Positions 19,340 to 27,836 of a stretch of 46,235 nucleotides of DNA are shown one piece after another; the stretch's first letter is position 1, and each line of letters starts with the position of its first letter. The position numbers and the translations under genes are program-made. Location: contig CAZHLU010000002.1 of assembly GCA_964533435.1 (NCBI GenBank), positions 1,203-47,437 of the forward strand. The letters are read 5' to 3'. A model generated the notes under the pieces. The model did no database searches. It was not told the origin of the DNA and worked only from the letters and a program-made list of their open reading frames with translations. Origin of the DNA: an uncultured Gammaproteobacteria bacterium. Lineage in GTDB: Bacteria > Patescibacteriota > Patescibacteriia > UBA1558 > GWA2-36-10.

Positions 19340-20250
19340 TGCTAGATAAAAAAATAATTTTTTGGGGCAGTCCTCTATTTTCTTTGCCAAGTTTGCAAGT
19401 TTTGTTTGATTTGGGGATAGTGGCAGCTGTTGTTACGCAAGCTGATAAACCAGCTGGTCGTAATTTAAAACCACAAAGTTCAGCTGTAAAGATTTGGGCA
19501 CAAGAACATAATATCAAGGTCTTAGATCCACTAAAGCTAGATGACAATTTTATTTTGGAATTAAAAAAATTGTTACCAGCTACTTTTGTGATTGTGGCCT
19601 ACGGTCGCATTATCAAAGATCAAGTTTTATCTTTATCAGAATTACCAGCTATCAATATCCATCCTTCTCTACTACCAATTTTAAGAGGCCCCTCACCTAT
19701 TCAAACAACCTTATTAAATGGTCAAAAAGAAACTGGTGTTTCTCTCATGCAGTTAGATGCTCAAATGGATCATGGCCCAATACTGGCACAAGTGCCGGTA
19801 AATATTTTTGATAATGATGATTATTTTACTTTAAGTGAAAGATTGGCTAATGTTGGAGCTGATTTACTTCAAAAAAATATTAGTGATTATTTAGCTGCCA
19901 AGATTGAAGCTAAGGCGCAGGATGATAGTAAGGCAACTATTTGTAAACTAATTAATAAGGAAGATGGTTTGATTACTTGGCAAGAAACAAGTGCTAATAT
20001 TTTAAATAAGATTAGAGCCTTTAAACTATGGCCTGGTACTTATACAAAAATTGCCGGCCTAGATTTGATTATTAGTGAAGCAATAATTACTAATATAAAA
20101 CTCAAACCCGCTGAGATTTTGATTAGAGATAACAAGTTATTTATTGGTACTCAAGATTTCGCCCTAGAAATAACAAAATTAAAACCAGCTAATAAAAAAT
20201 TAATGTCTGCTCCAGAATTTATTCGCGGTTATCAAAATAAGTTAAAATAA
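19339..20250 (+). CDS. fmt: Methionyl-tRNA formyltransferase
   Basis: 303 aa. Has the formyltransferase N-domain (INIHPSLLPILRGPSPIQ). The ATG overlaps the def stop (ATAATG). Confidence 0.92.
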   Translation: MLDKKIIFWGSPLFSLPSLQVLFDLGIVAAVVTQADKPAGRNLKPQSSAVKIWAQEHNIKVLDPLKLDDNFILELKKLLPATFVIVAYGRIIKDQVLSLSELPAINIHPSLLPILRGPSPIQTTLLNGQKETGVSLMQLDAQMDHGPILAQVPVNIFDNDDYFTLSERLANVGADLLQKNISDYLAAKIEAKAQDDSKATICKLINKEDGLITWQETSANILNKIRAFKLWPGTYTKIAGLDLIISEAIITNIKLKPAEILIRDNKLFIGTQDFALEITKLKPANKKLMSAPEFIRGYQNKLK

Positions 20251-20276
20251 TCCAGCTCCTTAGCTAAGGAGCTGGA
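20251..20276. terminator. Perfect 26-nt palindrome between convergent fmt and ctpA
   Basis: TCCAGCTCCTTAGCTAAGGAGCTGGA begins directly after the fmt stop. The flanking U-tracts are weak, so terminator function is plausible but not certain. Confidence 0.5.
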
Positions 20277-20334
20277 TTAAGTTATATTATTGTGATTTTT
20301 TAGATAAAACTGCAACTAAAAGTTAGCAGTTTAT

Positions 20335-21879
20335 TTATTTGATAAAAGTTTGCACTGCTTGATAAAGTTGACTGTCAAATTGATTATCTTGACTGCGGAT
20401 TATTTCAATATCTGGTTGAATACCTACTTTTTCTATTGACTTACTAGCCGGATCTAGCCATTCGAAAACAGTATATTTTAGAGCTGAACCGTCAGCAAAA
20501 GGCCTAAGGGCCTGGCCAGTGCCCTTACCAAAGCTACGTTCGCCAATAACTGTAGCTTTATTGTAGTTTTTTAAAGCGCTGGTAAATATTTCTGAGGCTG
20601 AGGCAGAGCCATTATTTATTAATATTACAGTAGGTAAATTAATTTCTACTGGTGTAGAAGCACTGTATTCTTCTAAAGATTTTGAATATTTTTCTTTAAA
20701 AATTACTTGCTTAGTGTCTAACCATTGGTCTGCTAAATAAATAGCAGAATTAGTATAACCACCAGGATTATTACGTAAATCAATGATTATGCCTTTGGTA
20801 GTATTGTCTATTAATTGTTGTTTTATATTTTTAAATTCAGATGGCAAAGATGCCGAAAAAGTATTTATTTTAATATAAACAAGATTGTTATCTAATTTTT
20901 TACCAGTAACATTAGGTACTACTATTTTGGCACGGGTAATAATAAGTTCAAAACTTTTTTTAGTACTAGGACGGTAAATATTTAGTTTAACTTTAGTACC
21001 AATTGGTCCGCGGATCAAAGCTACAGCTTCATCAACACTATAACCATGAATATCTTGGTCGTCGACTTTTAGTATTTGGTCATAAGGCAGTAGTCCGGCC
21101 TTGGCAGCAGGAAAATTATCTATGGGCGTAATAATGGTTAATTCATCATCTTTGACATCAACTATAGCGCCAATGCCTTCAGTAACACCTTCTAGGTCAT
21201 TATCAAATTCTTTTTTACCTTGGGGAGTAAAGAATTGAGTGTAAGGATCACCAACGGATTCAACTAAACCTTGTAGGGAGCCATAAAATAATTTAGTAGT
21301 GTCAATTTTATCGCTTTGAAAATAGCTACTCTTTAGAGTGTCATAAATTTCCCAATAGTTATCAAAATTTATTTCTCCAACATTTTCATTAAAATTTTCT
21401 AAGTCAGCTAGCGGTAAGGCATTTAATTTTATTGAATCAATGCCAATAGCCAGGGATTGTATTAGATCTAGGTTTAAGTCTGGGTTTGTTAATAGATAAC
21501 GATTTAAGTCTAAAGGGTTAACATACCAAATTTCTTTAACATCTTTTTTTTGATTAATTAAAAATTGACCGCGATATTTTTGAGCAATATTAAAATCAAT
21601 CCCCTTTTTATTTTGGTTAGTAGCAATTTTTTGCAAATCTTTCTCTTTGATAGTTGTAGCAAATTTATTTACAATATTTTCCAATTGTGTTTTTTCATCT
21701 AGAGCGTAGCGAGTTTTGCTAAGCGGTTCTAAATACCAATATTGTTGTTTTAAACCATAATCAATAGATAAGACAGTGCCACTATAACGTTCCATTAGGT
21801 CATTATCAGCAGCTTGACTAAAGCTTGGCCAAAAAATAAAGCTCAGCAAAGCAAGGCTAAAATAAATTCTTTTTAACAT
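20335..21879 (-). CDS. ctpA: S41 carboxy-terminal processing protease with PDZ domain
   Basis: 514 aa. Signal peptide, a PDZ region (AGLLPYDQILKVDD), and catalytic-region motifs NNGSASASEIF and ERSFGKGT. Carries an additional ~200-aa N-terminal domain. Confidence 0.88.
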   Translation of the reverse strand: MLKRIYFSLALLSFIFWPSFSQAADNDLMERYSGTVLSIDYGLKQQYWYLEPLSKTRYALDEKTQLENIVNKFATTIKEKDLQKIATNQNKKGIDFNIAQKYRGQFLINQKKDVKEIWYVNPLDLNRYLLTNPDLNLDLIQSLAIGIDSIKLNALPLADLENFNENVGEINFDNYWEIYDTLKSSYFQSDKIDTTKLFYGSLQGLVESVGDPYTQFFTPQGKKEFDNDLEGVTEGIGAIVDVKDDELTIITPIDNFPAAKAGLLPYDQILKVDDQDIHGYSVDEAVALIRGPIGTKVKLNIYRPSTKKSFELIITRAKIVVPNVTGKKLDNNLVYIKINTFSASLPSEFKNIKQQLIDNTTKGIIIDLRNNPGGYTNSAIYLADQWLDTKQVIFKEKYSKSLEEYSASTPVEINLPTVILINNGSASASEIFTSALKNYNKATVIGERSFGKGTGQALRPFADGSALKYTVFEWLDPASKSIEKVGIQPDIEIIRSQDNQFDSQLYQAVQTFIK

Positions 21880-21897
21880 ATGTGATTATTTATTTAA

Positions 21898-23430
21898 TTA
21901 ATTAGTTTTCTTTTTTTCTGTTACCCAAAAGCCTAAATATTTACCAAATAATAATCTAGTTTGAGCATCGATTGCCGGTATTGAGCCAAAAGCAATCATG
22001 GTAAATGGGATAATTAACCATTGTAAAAACATCAAAGGATAGCGGTAGTATTTGCTCAAGGGATTTTTTTTAATACTAACTGGCATTGGCGGTAATATGA
22101 CCACACCCATAATAGCTAAAATAACAATACCAATCATACCAGAGCGCATTAGTGTTTCTAGTAATAAGGGTGTGTTTTGAGCCACTACAGTGCTTAAGGA
22201 GCGTATTTCAGCCAGTTTTAGGGGTAAATAGCCCATGATAGTAATAATAAAGGGAGCGGTTGCCCAGCAGTAAACACCTTCGGTTTGATTCCAAATATAA
22301 CGTATTTTAGTGTGACGAGAAATCTTAGGATGACGACGGAAATTCCAAACCATATAGGGAAAATGTTCTACACCCCAAGCCCAACGACGCATTTGCTTGT
22401 ATTGATTTTTTAAACTACGCCACAAACTACCGACATAAACTGTGTTCATGGAAACTGGTATATGCATTGGCTCTACTTTATAGTTGCCTTCATAATGAAT
22501 TAAACATTGGATAAAAATACGGGAATCTTCAGTGACGATATTATTTTGCCAAAAGCCAATATCAACTAAAGCTTGCCAGCTCATACTATGTGAAGAAAAA
22601 GTAAATAAGCGACTTGGACGAGCTAGTTCTGTCAGTAGCCAAAAAGTAGTAGAATTAGCAACTACTCTGGTAATAATATCTGATTCCCAAACATTATTAT
22701 TATAAAAAGCCATTGGTTGAAAACTAGCATGATAAGGATCGGGATGATTAATAAATTTATAACTTAGATAACTAAAATAATCAGGATGAGTAATAGTATC
22801 AATATCAAAACTAGAAACAATTAATTTTTTATAATCTAAGTTATTTTGATCAATGTATTTTTTGACTTCATGGCCAGCATGATACAGATTTGAGCCTTTG
22901 CCTTTTACCTCCCCTTCTATATTGTCAGGATGGATAGTAATAATAATTTTGTAAAAAGCAGATTGATATTTATTTTCTATTTGTTTAGCAATACTTAAGA
23001 ATTGTTCCTCAAAACGGCCTTCACCAGCTAAGATAACAATCATTTTTTTAGTATCGTATTTAACTTGGGTTAGATTGTGGAAAGTAGTATCTACTATTTC
23101 AAAAGGCTCGCCGGCAGTTGGTAAAAAAACTAGATGATAATATTCACTCCACTGTGGGCATTCTTCTTTTAATTTTTTCCACCAATCAGTTTTGATAGCG
23201 CGTCGATATTTAAACCAGGATATTAATAAAAATAGCAACATGTAAAGAATACGTAATATCCAATAAACATCAAAAGCAATAATAAAATAAATACCAGCAA
23301 TGGGGTTAATAAAAGATAAAACTACAATAAAAATAAAAGTAAACCAAACCATTGAACCAGGAATAAGTTCTAAGAAACGGTAGGAGTAGTAATCTTTTTG
23401 TTGCTGACTAATGTTTTTAAAAAATTTCAT
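21898..23430 (-). CDS. Membrane-embedded processive family 2 glycosyltransferase (cellulose/chitin-synthase-like)
   Basis: Multiple TM segments flank a GT2 core with SSFDIDT and a QMRRW (QxxRW) motif. The ORF-track start 23451 is a TTG, so I prefer ATG 23430 (MKFFKN). Confidence 0.7.
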   Translation of the reverse strand: MKFFKNISQQQKDYYSYRFLELIPGSMVWFTFIFIVVLSFINPIAGIYFIIAFDVYWILRILYMLLFLLISWFKYRRAIKTDWWKKLKEECPQWSEYYHLVFLPTAGEPFEIVDTTFHNLTQVKYDTKKMIVILAGEGRFEEQFLSIAKQIENKYQSAFYKIIITIHPDNIEGEVKGKGSNLYHAGHEVKKYIDQNNLDYKKLIVSSFDIDTITHPDYFSYLSYKFINHPDPYHASFQPMAFYNNNVWESDIITRVVANSTTFWLLTELARPSRLFTFSSHSMSWQALVDIGFWQNNIVTEDSRIFIQCLIHYEGNYKVEPMHIPVSMNTVYVGSLWRSLKNQYKQMRRWAWGVEHFPYMVWNFRRHPKISRHTKIRYIWNQTEGVYCWATAPFIITIMGYLPLKLAEIRSLSTVVAQNTPLLLETLMRSGMIGIVILAIMGVVILPPMPVSIKKNPLSKYYRYPLMFLQWLIIPFTMIAFGSIPAIDAQTRLLFGKYLGFWVTEKKKTN

Positions 23431-24511
23431 AATCTTGGGCTTCCTTACCAATAGCTTGGCTTAAATGAGAATAATTATTTTCTTTTAATAATTTAACTAA
23501 ATCTTGGTTTATTTTTTTAGCGGTATAGGGTCCGCCGTAAATAAAGCCAGTTGCTAAAGCAATCAGATTTGCGCCAGCTTTAATCTTGGTAAAAGCATCA
23601 GCTCCTGAAAATACGCCGCCGCAGGCAATGATTTTGTATTTATTTTCACTATTTTGATATAAATAGGCAATAATTTTATTAACACGTTTACTAATTGGTT
23701 GTCCAGAAACGCCACCAGGCTTATCTTGATTTTTAGAAACTAAGCTTAATTTACTTTTATCTTTAGATAAATTAGTAGCAATAATAGCAGTAATATTGTA
23801 TTTTTTTACTAAAGCAATAACATCATCTAATTCATTTTTAGATAAGTCCTGTCCAATTTTTAGCCACAGAGGTTTATGTTTGGTATTTACTTTAGTGATG
23901 GCTTCTAAAATTGGTTCTAATAATTCTTTTTGTTGTAGGCCAGTAAAATTACTAACATTAGGACAGCTTAGATTAATAGAAATAATATCAGCTTGTGCTT
24001 CAATAACTTTAAAAGCAGTCACATAATCATCAGCCGCTTGATTTAGACTAGTTTGATTATTTTTAGCAATACTAATAATACGCACTCCCCTTTTTTTGGT
24101 TTTAAGATTTTGTAAACGTTGGCTAATTTTTTTAGCGCCCATGTTGGCTAAACCAAAATAAACTACCAAAGCTTTGTCTTGGGGTAAACGCCAGAGTCTT
24201 GGTTTAGGATTGCCAGCTTGAGTTTGGGAAGTAACAGAGCCGATTTCGACAAAGCCAAAATCAAAGCTTGGCCAGACATTTACAGCAGTAGCGTTTTTGT
24301 CCATGCCAGCTGATAGTCCTACGGGCGTCCTAAAATATTGGCCAAATAATTTTTGTTTTAAACTAGGATTAGTAAAATTAAAAAATTTAAATAATAAATT
24401 ATTTAAAAAATTAAAACGGTTAAATATTTTTAAACAAGCTAAAACAAAATCATGTGCTGTTTCGGCTGACATTAAAAACAAAATTGGTCTAATTATTTTT
24501 TGATATAACAT
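23417..24511 (-). CDS. pyrD: Dihydroorotate dehydrogenase, class-2-like architecture
   Basis: 364 aa. Class-2-type N-terminal extension (PILFLMSAETAHDF), GNPKPRLWRL, and GGVSGQP. The active-site loop reads INLSCPNV. Confidence 0.88.
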   Translation of the reverse strand: MLYQKIIRPILFLMSAETAHDFVLACLKIFNRFNFLNNLLFKFFNFTNPSLKQKLFGQYFRTPVGLSAGMDKNATAVNVWPSFDFGFVEIGSVTSQTQAGNPKPRLWRLPQDKALVVYFGLANMGAKKISQRLQNLKTKKRGVRIISIAKNNQTSLNQAADDYVTAFKVIEAQADIISINLSCPNVSNFTGLQQKELLEPILEAITKVNTKHKPLWLKIGQDLSKNELDDVIALVKKYNITAIIATNLSKDKSKLSLVSKNQDKPGGVSGQPISKRVNKIIAYLYQNSENKYKIIACGGVFSGADAFTKIKAGANLIALATGFIYGGPYTAKKINQDLVKLLKENNYSHLSQAIGKEAQDYEIF

Positions 24512-24966
24512 TATTTTTCTCTTATCTCATGTTTAATAACTTTGTCATTATCATCAAAAACAAAGTTAGCTTCAAATTTTTTATTAGCTAAAAATAAAGG
24601 CAACCAATAATTATCATCATCCCACATTTTGGCATAAGGAATTTGGTCTAAAGAAAACCAAGCTGGTTTCATTTCTTCGCTCTCCTCTACCTCACCACTA
24701 AATTCCAGGCATTTAAAAACATGAACTTCTAAATCCTGTTGTTTATTCTGCCAACTAAAATTTATTAGACCAACTTCCACTAAATTTTTTGGCACCAAAT
24801 TACATTCTTCATAAACTTCTCTGGCAGCTGCTTCAGTTATGGTTTCGCCTAGTTCTGGTTTACCACCAAAGCCATTCCATTTGCCAATACCAAATCCACG
24901 CTTTTTTAAGCCTAGTAAAAGCTGATTATCTTTCTGGATTAAAGTCAATGTTAGGACTTTAGGCAT
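24511..24966 (-). CDS. NUDIX hydrolase, MTH1/MutT-like (oxidised purine NTP pyrophosphatase)
   Basis: 151 aa. The Nudix box GKWNGFGGKPELGETITEAAAREVYEECNL closely resembles the MTH1/NUDT1 box. Its stop overlaps the pyrD start (TAATG). Confidence 0.8.
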   Translation of the reverse strand: MPKVLTLTLIQKDNQLLLGLKKRGFGIGKWNGFGGKPELGETITEAAAREVYEECNLVPKNLVEVGLINFSWQNKQQDLEVHVFKCLEFSGEVEESEEMKPAWFSLDQIPYAKMWDDDNYWLPLFLANKKFEANFVFDDNDKVIKHEIREK

Positions 24967-24970
24967 TTGT

Positions 24971-25366
24971 TTATTTTATACTATGACCAAAATCTTCATC
25001 TTCTTGATCAGCAATGGCATCAGCTGGAGTTTGGTGAATTCGGCCATCAATATGGTTAGCAGGCGCATAGATGGTATAGATCTTTAAAGATTCAGTACCA
25101 GTATTTATAAAATTATGTTCAGTACCAGGTGTAACCACTACTACATCACCAGCTTTTATTTCGGATTCTTTACCATCTAAAATAGCCTTGCCACTGCCAG
25201 ACATAAAAAATAAAGATTGCTCAACATGATCATGTGTTTCTAAACCAACTTCTTCGCCAGGTTTAATGTCCATGACTACTAGCTGACTTTTTTGGCCAGT
25301 AAATAAAACCGTGCGAAAGTTTGTATTATCAGCAGTATTTTTTAAAATGTTTGTTTGATAAGACAT
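24971..25366 (-). CDS. Cupin-domain protein
   Basis: 131 aa with cupin motifs (ETHDHVEQSLFFMSG, GDVVVVTPGTEHNFIN). Confidence 0.75.
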   Translation of the reverse strand: MSYQTNILKNTADNTNFRTVLFTGQKSQLVVMDIKPGEEVGLETHDHVEQSLFFMSGSGKAILDGKESEIKAGDVVVVTPGTEHNFINTGTESLKIYTIYAPANHIDGRIHQTPADAIADQEDEDFGHSIK

Positions 25367-25395
25367 GTTTTTAAATTTAAATTAATAAATATATG

Positions 25396-25872
25396 TTATT
25401 TGTTTTTTGTCTTTAACTTTTTTTCTTTAGTCCTTTGTTTATTTACTAACCAAGAACTAGATTGTACTTTACCACCCTGACCAAGGTTAAAAACCATCCG
25501 ACAATTAATTTGCTGGCAAACTGCTACTTCCGGAATATTATCAAGTTTTCGGTCACCGCCATTAGCAAAGATATCAGGTTTTATTTCTAGGAGAGCTTCG
25601 CAAACACTCATGTCTTGCGGATTTTTTGGGTGTTTAGTTAAGACTACTTTATCAACTGATCTAAAAGCTTCAATTACCTCTTTACGTTCCAGTTCAGGCA
25701 TAAAGGCATAACCTTTTTTCTTGATTAACCAATTATCATTATTTAAAATAACTATTAATTTATCACCTAATTTTTTAGCAGCTTGAAACATGCGTACATG
25801 ACCAATATGTACTGGATCAAAACCACCGGAAACAGTGACGATAATGGGTTTTTTTGTTTTTTTATGATTCAT
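25396..25872 (-). CDS. Cytidylyltransferase-superfamily nucleotidyltransferase (RfaE-II/TagD-like)
   Basis: 158 aa. Contains [15 protein letters not shown] (HxGH) and a later ANGGDR motif. Confidence 0.75.
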   Translation of the reverse strand: MNHKKTKKPIIVTVSGGFDPVHIGHVRMFQAAKKLGDKLIVILNNDNWLIKKKGYAFMPELERKEVIEAFRSVDKVVLTKHPKNPQDMSVCEALLEIKPDIFANGGDRKLDNIPEVAVCQQINCRMVFNLGQGGKVQSSSWLVNKQRTKEKKLKTKNK

Positions 25873-26164
25873 CTAAAATTATTCTTTTTTTAAATTTACC
25901 TTTTTTCTCTGCTTTAGCTTTTTTTAATTCGGCAATTGTTTGCTGGTCAAATTGTTTGTATTCAATAATAGCTTCAATCACCTCTAAAACATCAATTAAT
26001 TCCTCAACACTTTCAGCTTCATTAAACTCAGTAAATTCTTCTAATAATTTTTCTTTTAATTTCTGCCAGTATTCATCTTCGCTAGCAATGTGCGTAATTG
26101 GATTATCGCCTTTACTTCTGACATATTCGGGAATTTTATCGCGAACTAATTTATTGTATTTCAT
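25862..26164 (-). CDS. MazG-like / phosphoribosyl-ATP pyrophosphohydrolase-like NTP pyrophosphatase
   Basis: 100 aa. N-terminal [11 protein letters not shown] and an acidic EExxE-type helix ([24 protein letters not shown]). Overlaps both neighbouring genes. Confidence 0.6.
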   Translation of the reverse strand: MKYNKLVRDKIPEYVRSKGDNPITHIASEDEYWQKLKEKLLEEFTEFNEAESVEELIDVLEVIEAIIEYKQFDQQTIAELKKAKAEKKGKFKKRIILDES

Positions 26165-26687
26165 GATTTTTTTCTATTTGGATAAGGGCAGTAACAATTG
26201 CCTGCTTAGTATAAGCTTTACGATTTAAACGTCCTTTAGTCAAAATACCAATCAAACCTTCAGCTGAACCAACTTTAGGATTAGTAGTATAGCCGGCTTT
26301 AAAAGCAGCTTGGTTCATATCTAGATTTTCTTGATCAATCAATTGCTTAATATCGGGTGGTAATTCCCAAGCCGATGATATGCCTAAATAAGTTTTTTGG
26401 CCGTCAAAAATAGCACAAACACACATATCCATAAAACCGCTATCAGCATAAGGCACAACCATCAAGCCAGATTCTAAACCAAAACTATAATCACAATCAA
26501 TAAAAGCCTTTTTAGCTCTATTAATTGCCCCTCTAACTGTTTCTTCTAAAGAAGTTGGTTGTTCTGAAACATCAGATGAAACTTCTTGAGCTGTTATTTC
26601 TGCTTCTTTAAACATGTTATAATCTGACAACTGTTCTTTAACAGCCTCAATCTTACTAGGGTTTAAAGAAGCGACTTTTACTTTCAT
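26151..26687 (-). CDS. yjjX: Inosine/xanthosine triphosphatase (YjjX/DUF84 family)
   Basis: 178 aa. N-terminal [23 protein letters not shown]-like SDVSEQP, and GLESG motifs. Confidence 0.75.
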   Translation of the reverse strand: MKVKVASLNPSKIEAVKEQLSDYNMFKEAEITAQEVSSDVSEQPTSLEETVRGAINRAKKAFIDCDYSFGLESGLMVVPYADSGFMDMCVCAIFDGQKTYLGISSAWELPPDIKQLIDQENLDMNQAAFKAGYTTNPKVGSAEGLIGILTKGRLNRKAYTKQAIVTALIQIEKNHEIQ

Positions 26688-26698
26688 TTTATTATTTA

Positions 26699-27049
26699 TT
26701 ACAATTTTGTGTATTTAGTGTGCTTGCCCTTGGCTTTGTCCACCGGATATTTAGCAGCATCTCTTTGTAATTTATCCAAAGCTACTTGCACAATATCTTC
26801 AACTCCGATGTTATCGGCTAGTTGGACTAAGTATTTTAAAACATCGGCAATTTCTTCGGCAATATCAGCTTTATTTTCTTGAGCATAAGTATTTACTTCT
26901 TCTGGTGATTTCCATTGAAAGTGCTCTAAAACTTCAGCTGACTCTAAAACCATAGAAAGAGCCATGTCTTTATGGTTGTGAAATTGTTTCCAATCACGTT
27001 CGTCACGAAATTTTCTTAATTCTTCAACTAAAATATTTAGGTCTGTCAT
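26699..27049 (-). CDS. MazG-type nucleotide pyrophosphohydrolase (DCTPP1-like)
   Basis: 116 aa. Contains FRDERDWKQFHNHKDMALSMVLESAEVLEHFQWK and EEIADVLKYL motifs. Confidence 0.8.
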   Translation of the reverse strand: MTDLNILVEELRKFRDERDWKQFHNHKDMALSMVLESAEVLEHFQWKSPEEVNTYAQENKADIAEEIADVLKYLVQLADNIGVEDIVQVALDKLQRDAAKYPVDKAKGKHTKYTKL

Positions 27050-27050
27050 A

Positions 27051-27836
27051 TTATTTTAATTTACTTATCCATTGGTCAAATATATTAGTAATTTCTTCCA
27101 AGTGTTTTTTATCTCTAAATGTATGAGAAGCCCCCTGAATAATATGCAATTCTTTTTGACCAGGTAAAGCTTCATATAGTATCTTTTGGTGGTCTAGGGG
27201 CGTAGCAGTATCTTGTTCACCAACTATTAGTAATACCGGCATTGTTAATTTTGATACATTAGTCAGTAAATCATATTTTAGCCTGTCGGCAATATGAGAC
27301 CATTTTAATTTTTTAATTAAACCAGGTTTAGAATTACTTGTTTGTTCTTGATAACCAGTTTTTTCCCAATTTTGAAATTCTTCAGGGTCATTTTTTTTAT
27401 GTTGTTCCACGCTTAATTTACCAGAAACAACTGTAGATATTGGTGCAATTGCCTTTACTTTTGCTGGAAATTTTTCTGCAAATAAAGCAATGGATATAGC
27501 ACCTAAACTATGTCCAACTAAAACAAATGGTTCTTGGTACCAATTTTGTCTAGCTGACCAACTTATTATATCCTCTAAATCCTCGTAATAATTTGTAGTA
27601 GTAGCATTTTCATAATTACCATCGCTTTCACCTAGTGTGTTAGTGGTATCAAATAGGACAGTGGTATAATTACTTTTTTGAAATGAGCTAGCAATAGTCT
27701 GTAAATGATCTTGTTCTTTAAATCCGCCTAATCCATGCATAATAAAAACTAAGCCATTTTGCATTTCAGCTAAATTAACAATAACTGCTATTTTTTCATT
27801 TTTTCGATTATGAATAAATTCTTTATTACTTTCCAT
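27051..27836 (-). CDS. Alpha/beta hydrolase
   Basis: Has the GHSLG nucleophile elbow and a C-terminal GASH..F histidine region. The ORF-track start 27908 lies 83 nt inside secA. ATG 27836 (MESNKEF) reduces the overlap to 11 nt. Confidence 0.75.
   Translation of the reverse strand: MESNKEFIHNRKNEKIAVIVNLAEMQNGLVFIMHGLGGFKEQDHLQTIASSFQKSNYTTVLFDTTNTLGESDGNYENATTTNYYEDLEDIISWSARQNWYQEPFVLVGHSLGAISIALFAEKFPAKVKAIAPISTVVSGKLSVEQHKKNDPEEFQNWEKTGYQEQTSNSKPGLIKKLKWSHIADRLKYDLLTNVSKLTMPVLLIVGEQDTATPLDHQKILYEALPGQKELHIIQGASHTFRDKKHLEEITNIFDQWISKLK

Noticed and set aside
25854-26228. 124-aa + strand ORF antisense to the MazG-like/YjjX genes, and similar antisense ORFs elsewhere (5765-5998, 6554-6802, 12065-12262, 12465-12722, 13171-13467, 23796-24026, 27835-28062, 30347-30538, 38151-38393, 39570-39800, 40680-40931, 41796-42056, 45079-45315)
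   Set aside because: All are embedded antisense in well-supported conserved genes, give low-complexity S/L/F-rich translations, and lack SDs.
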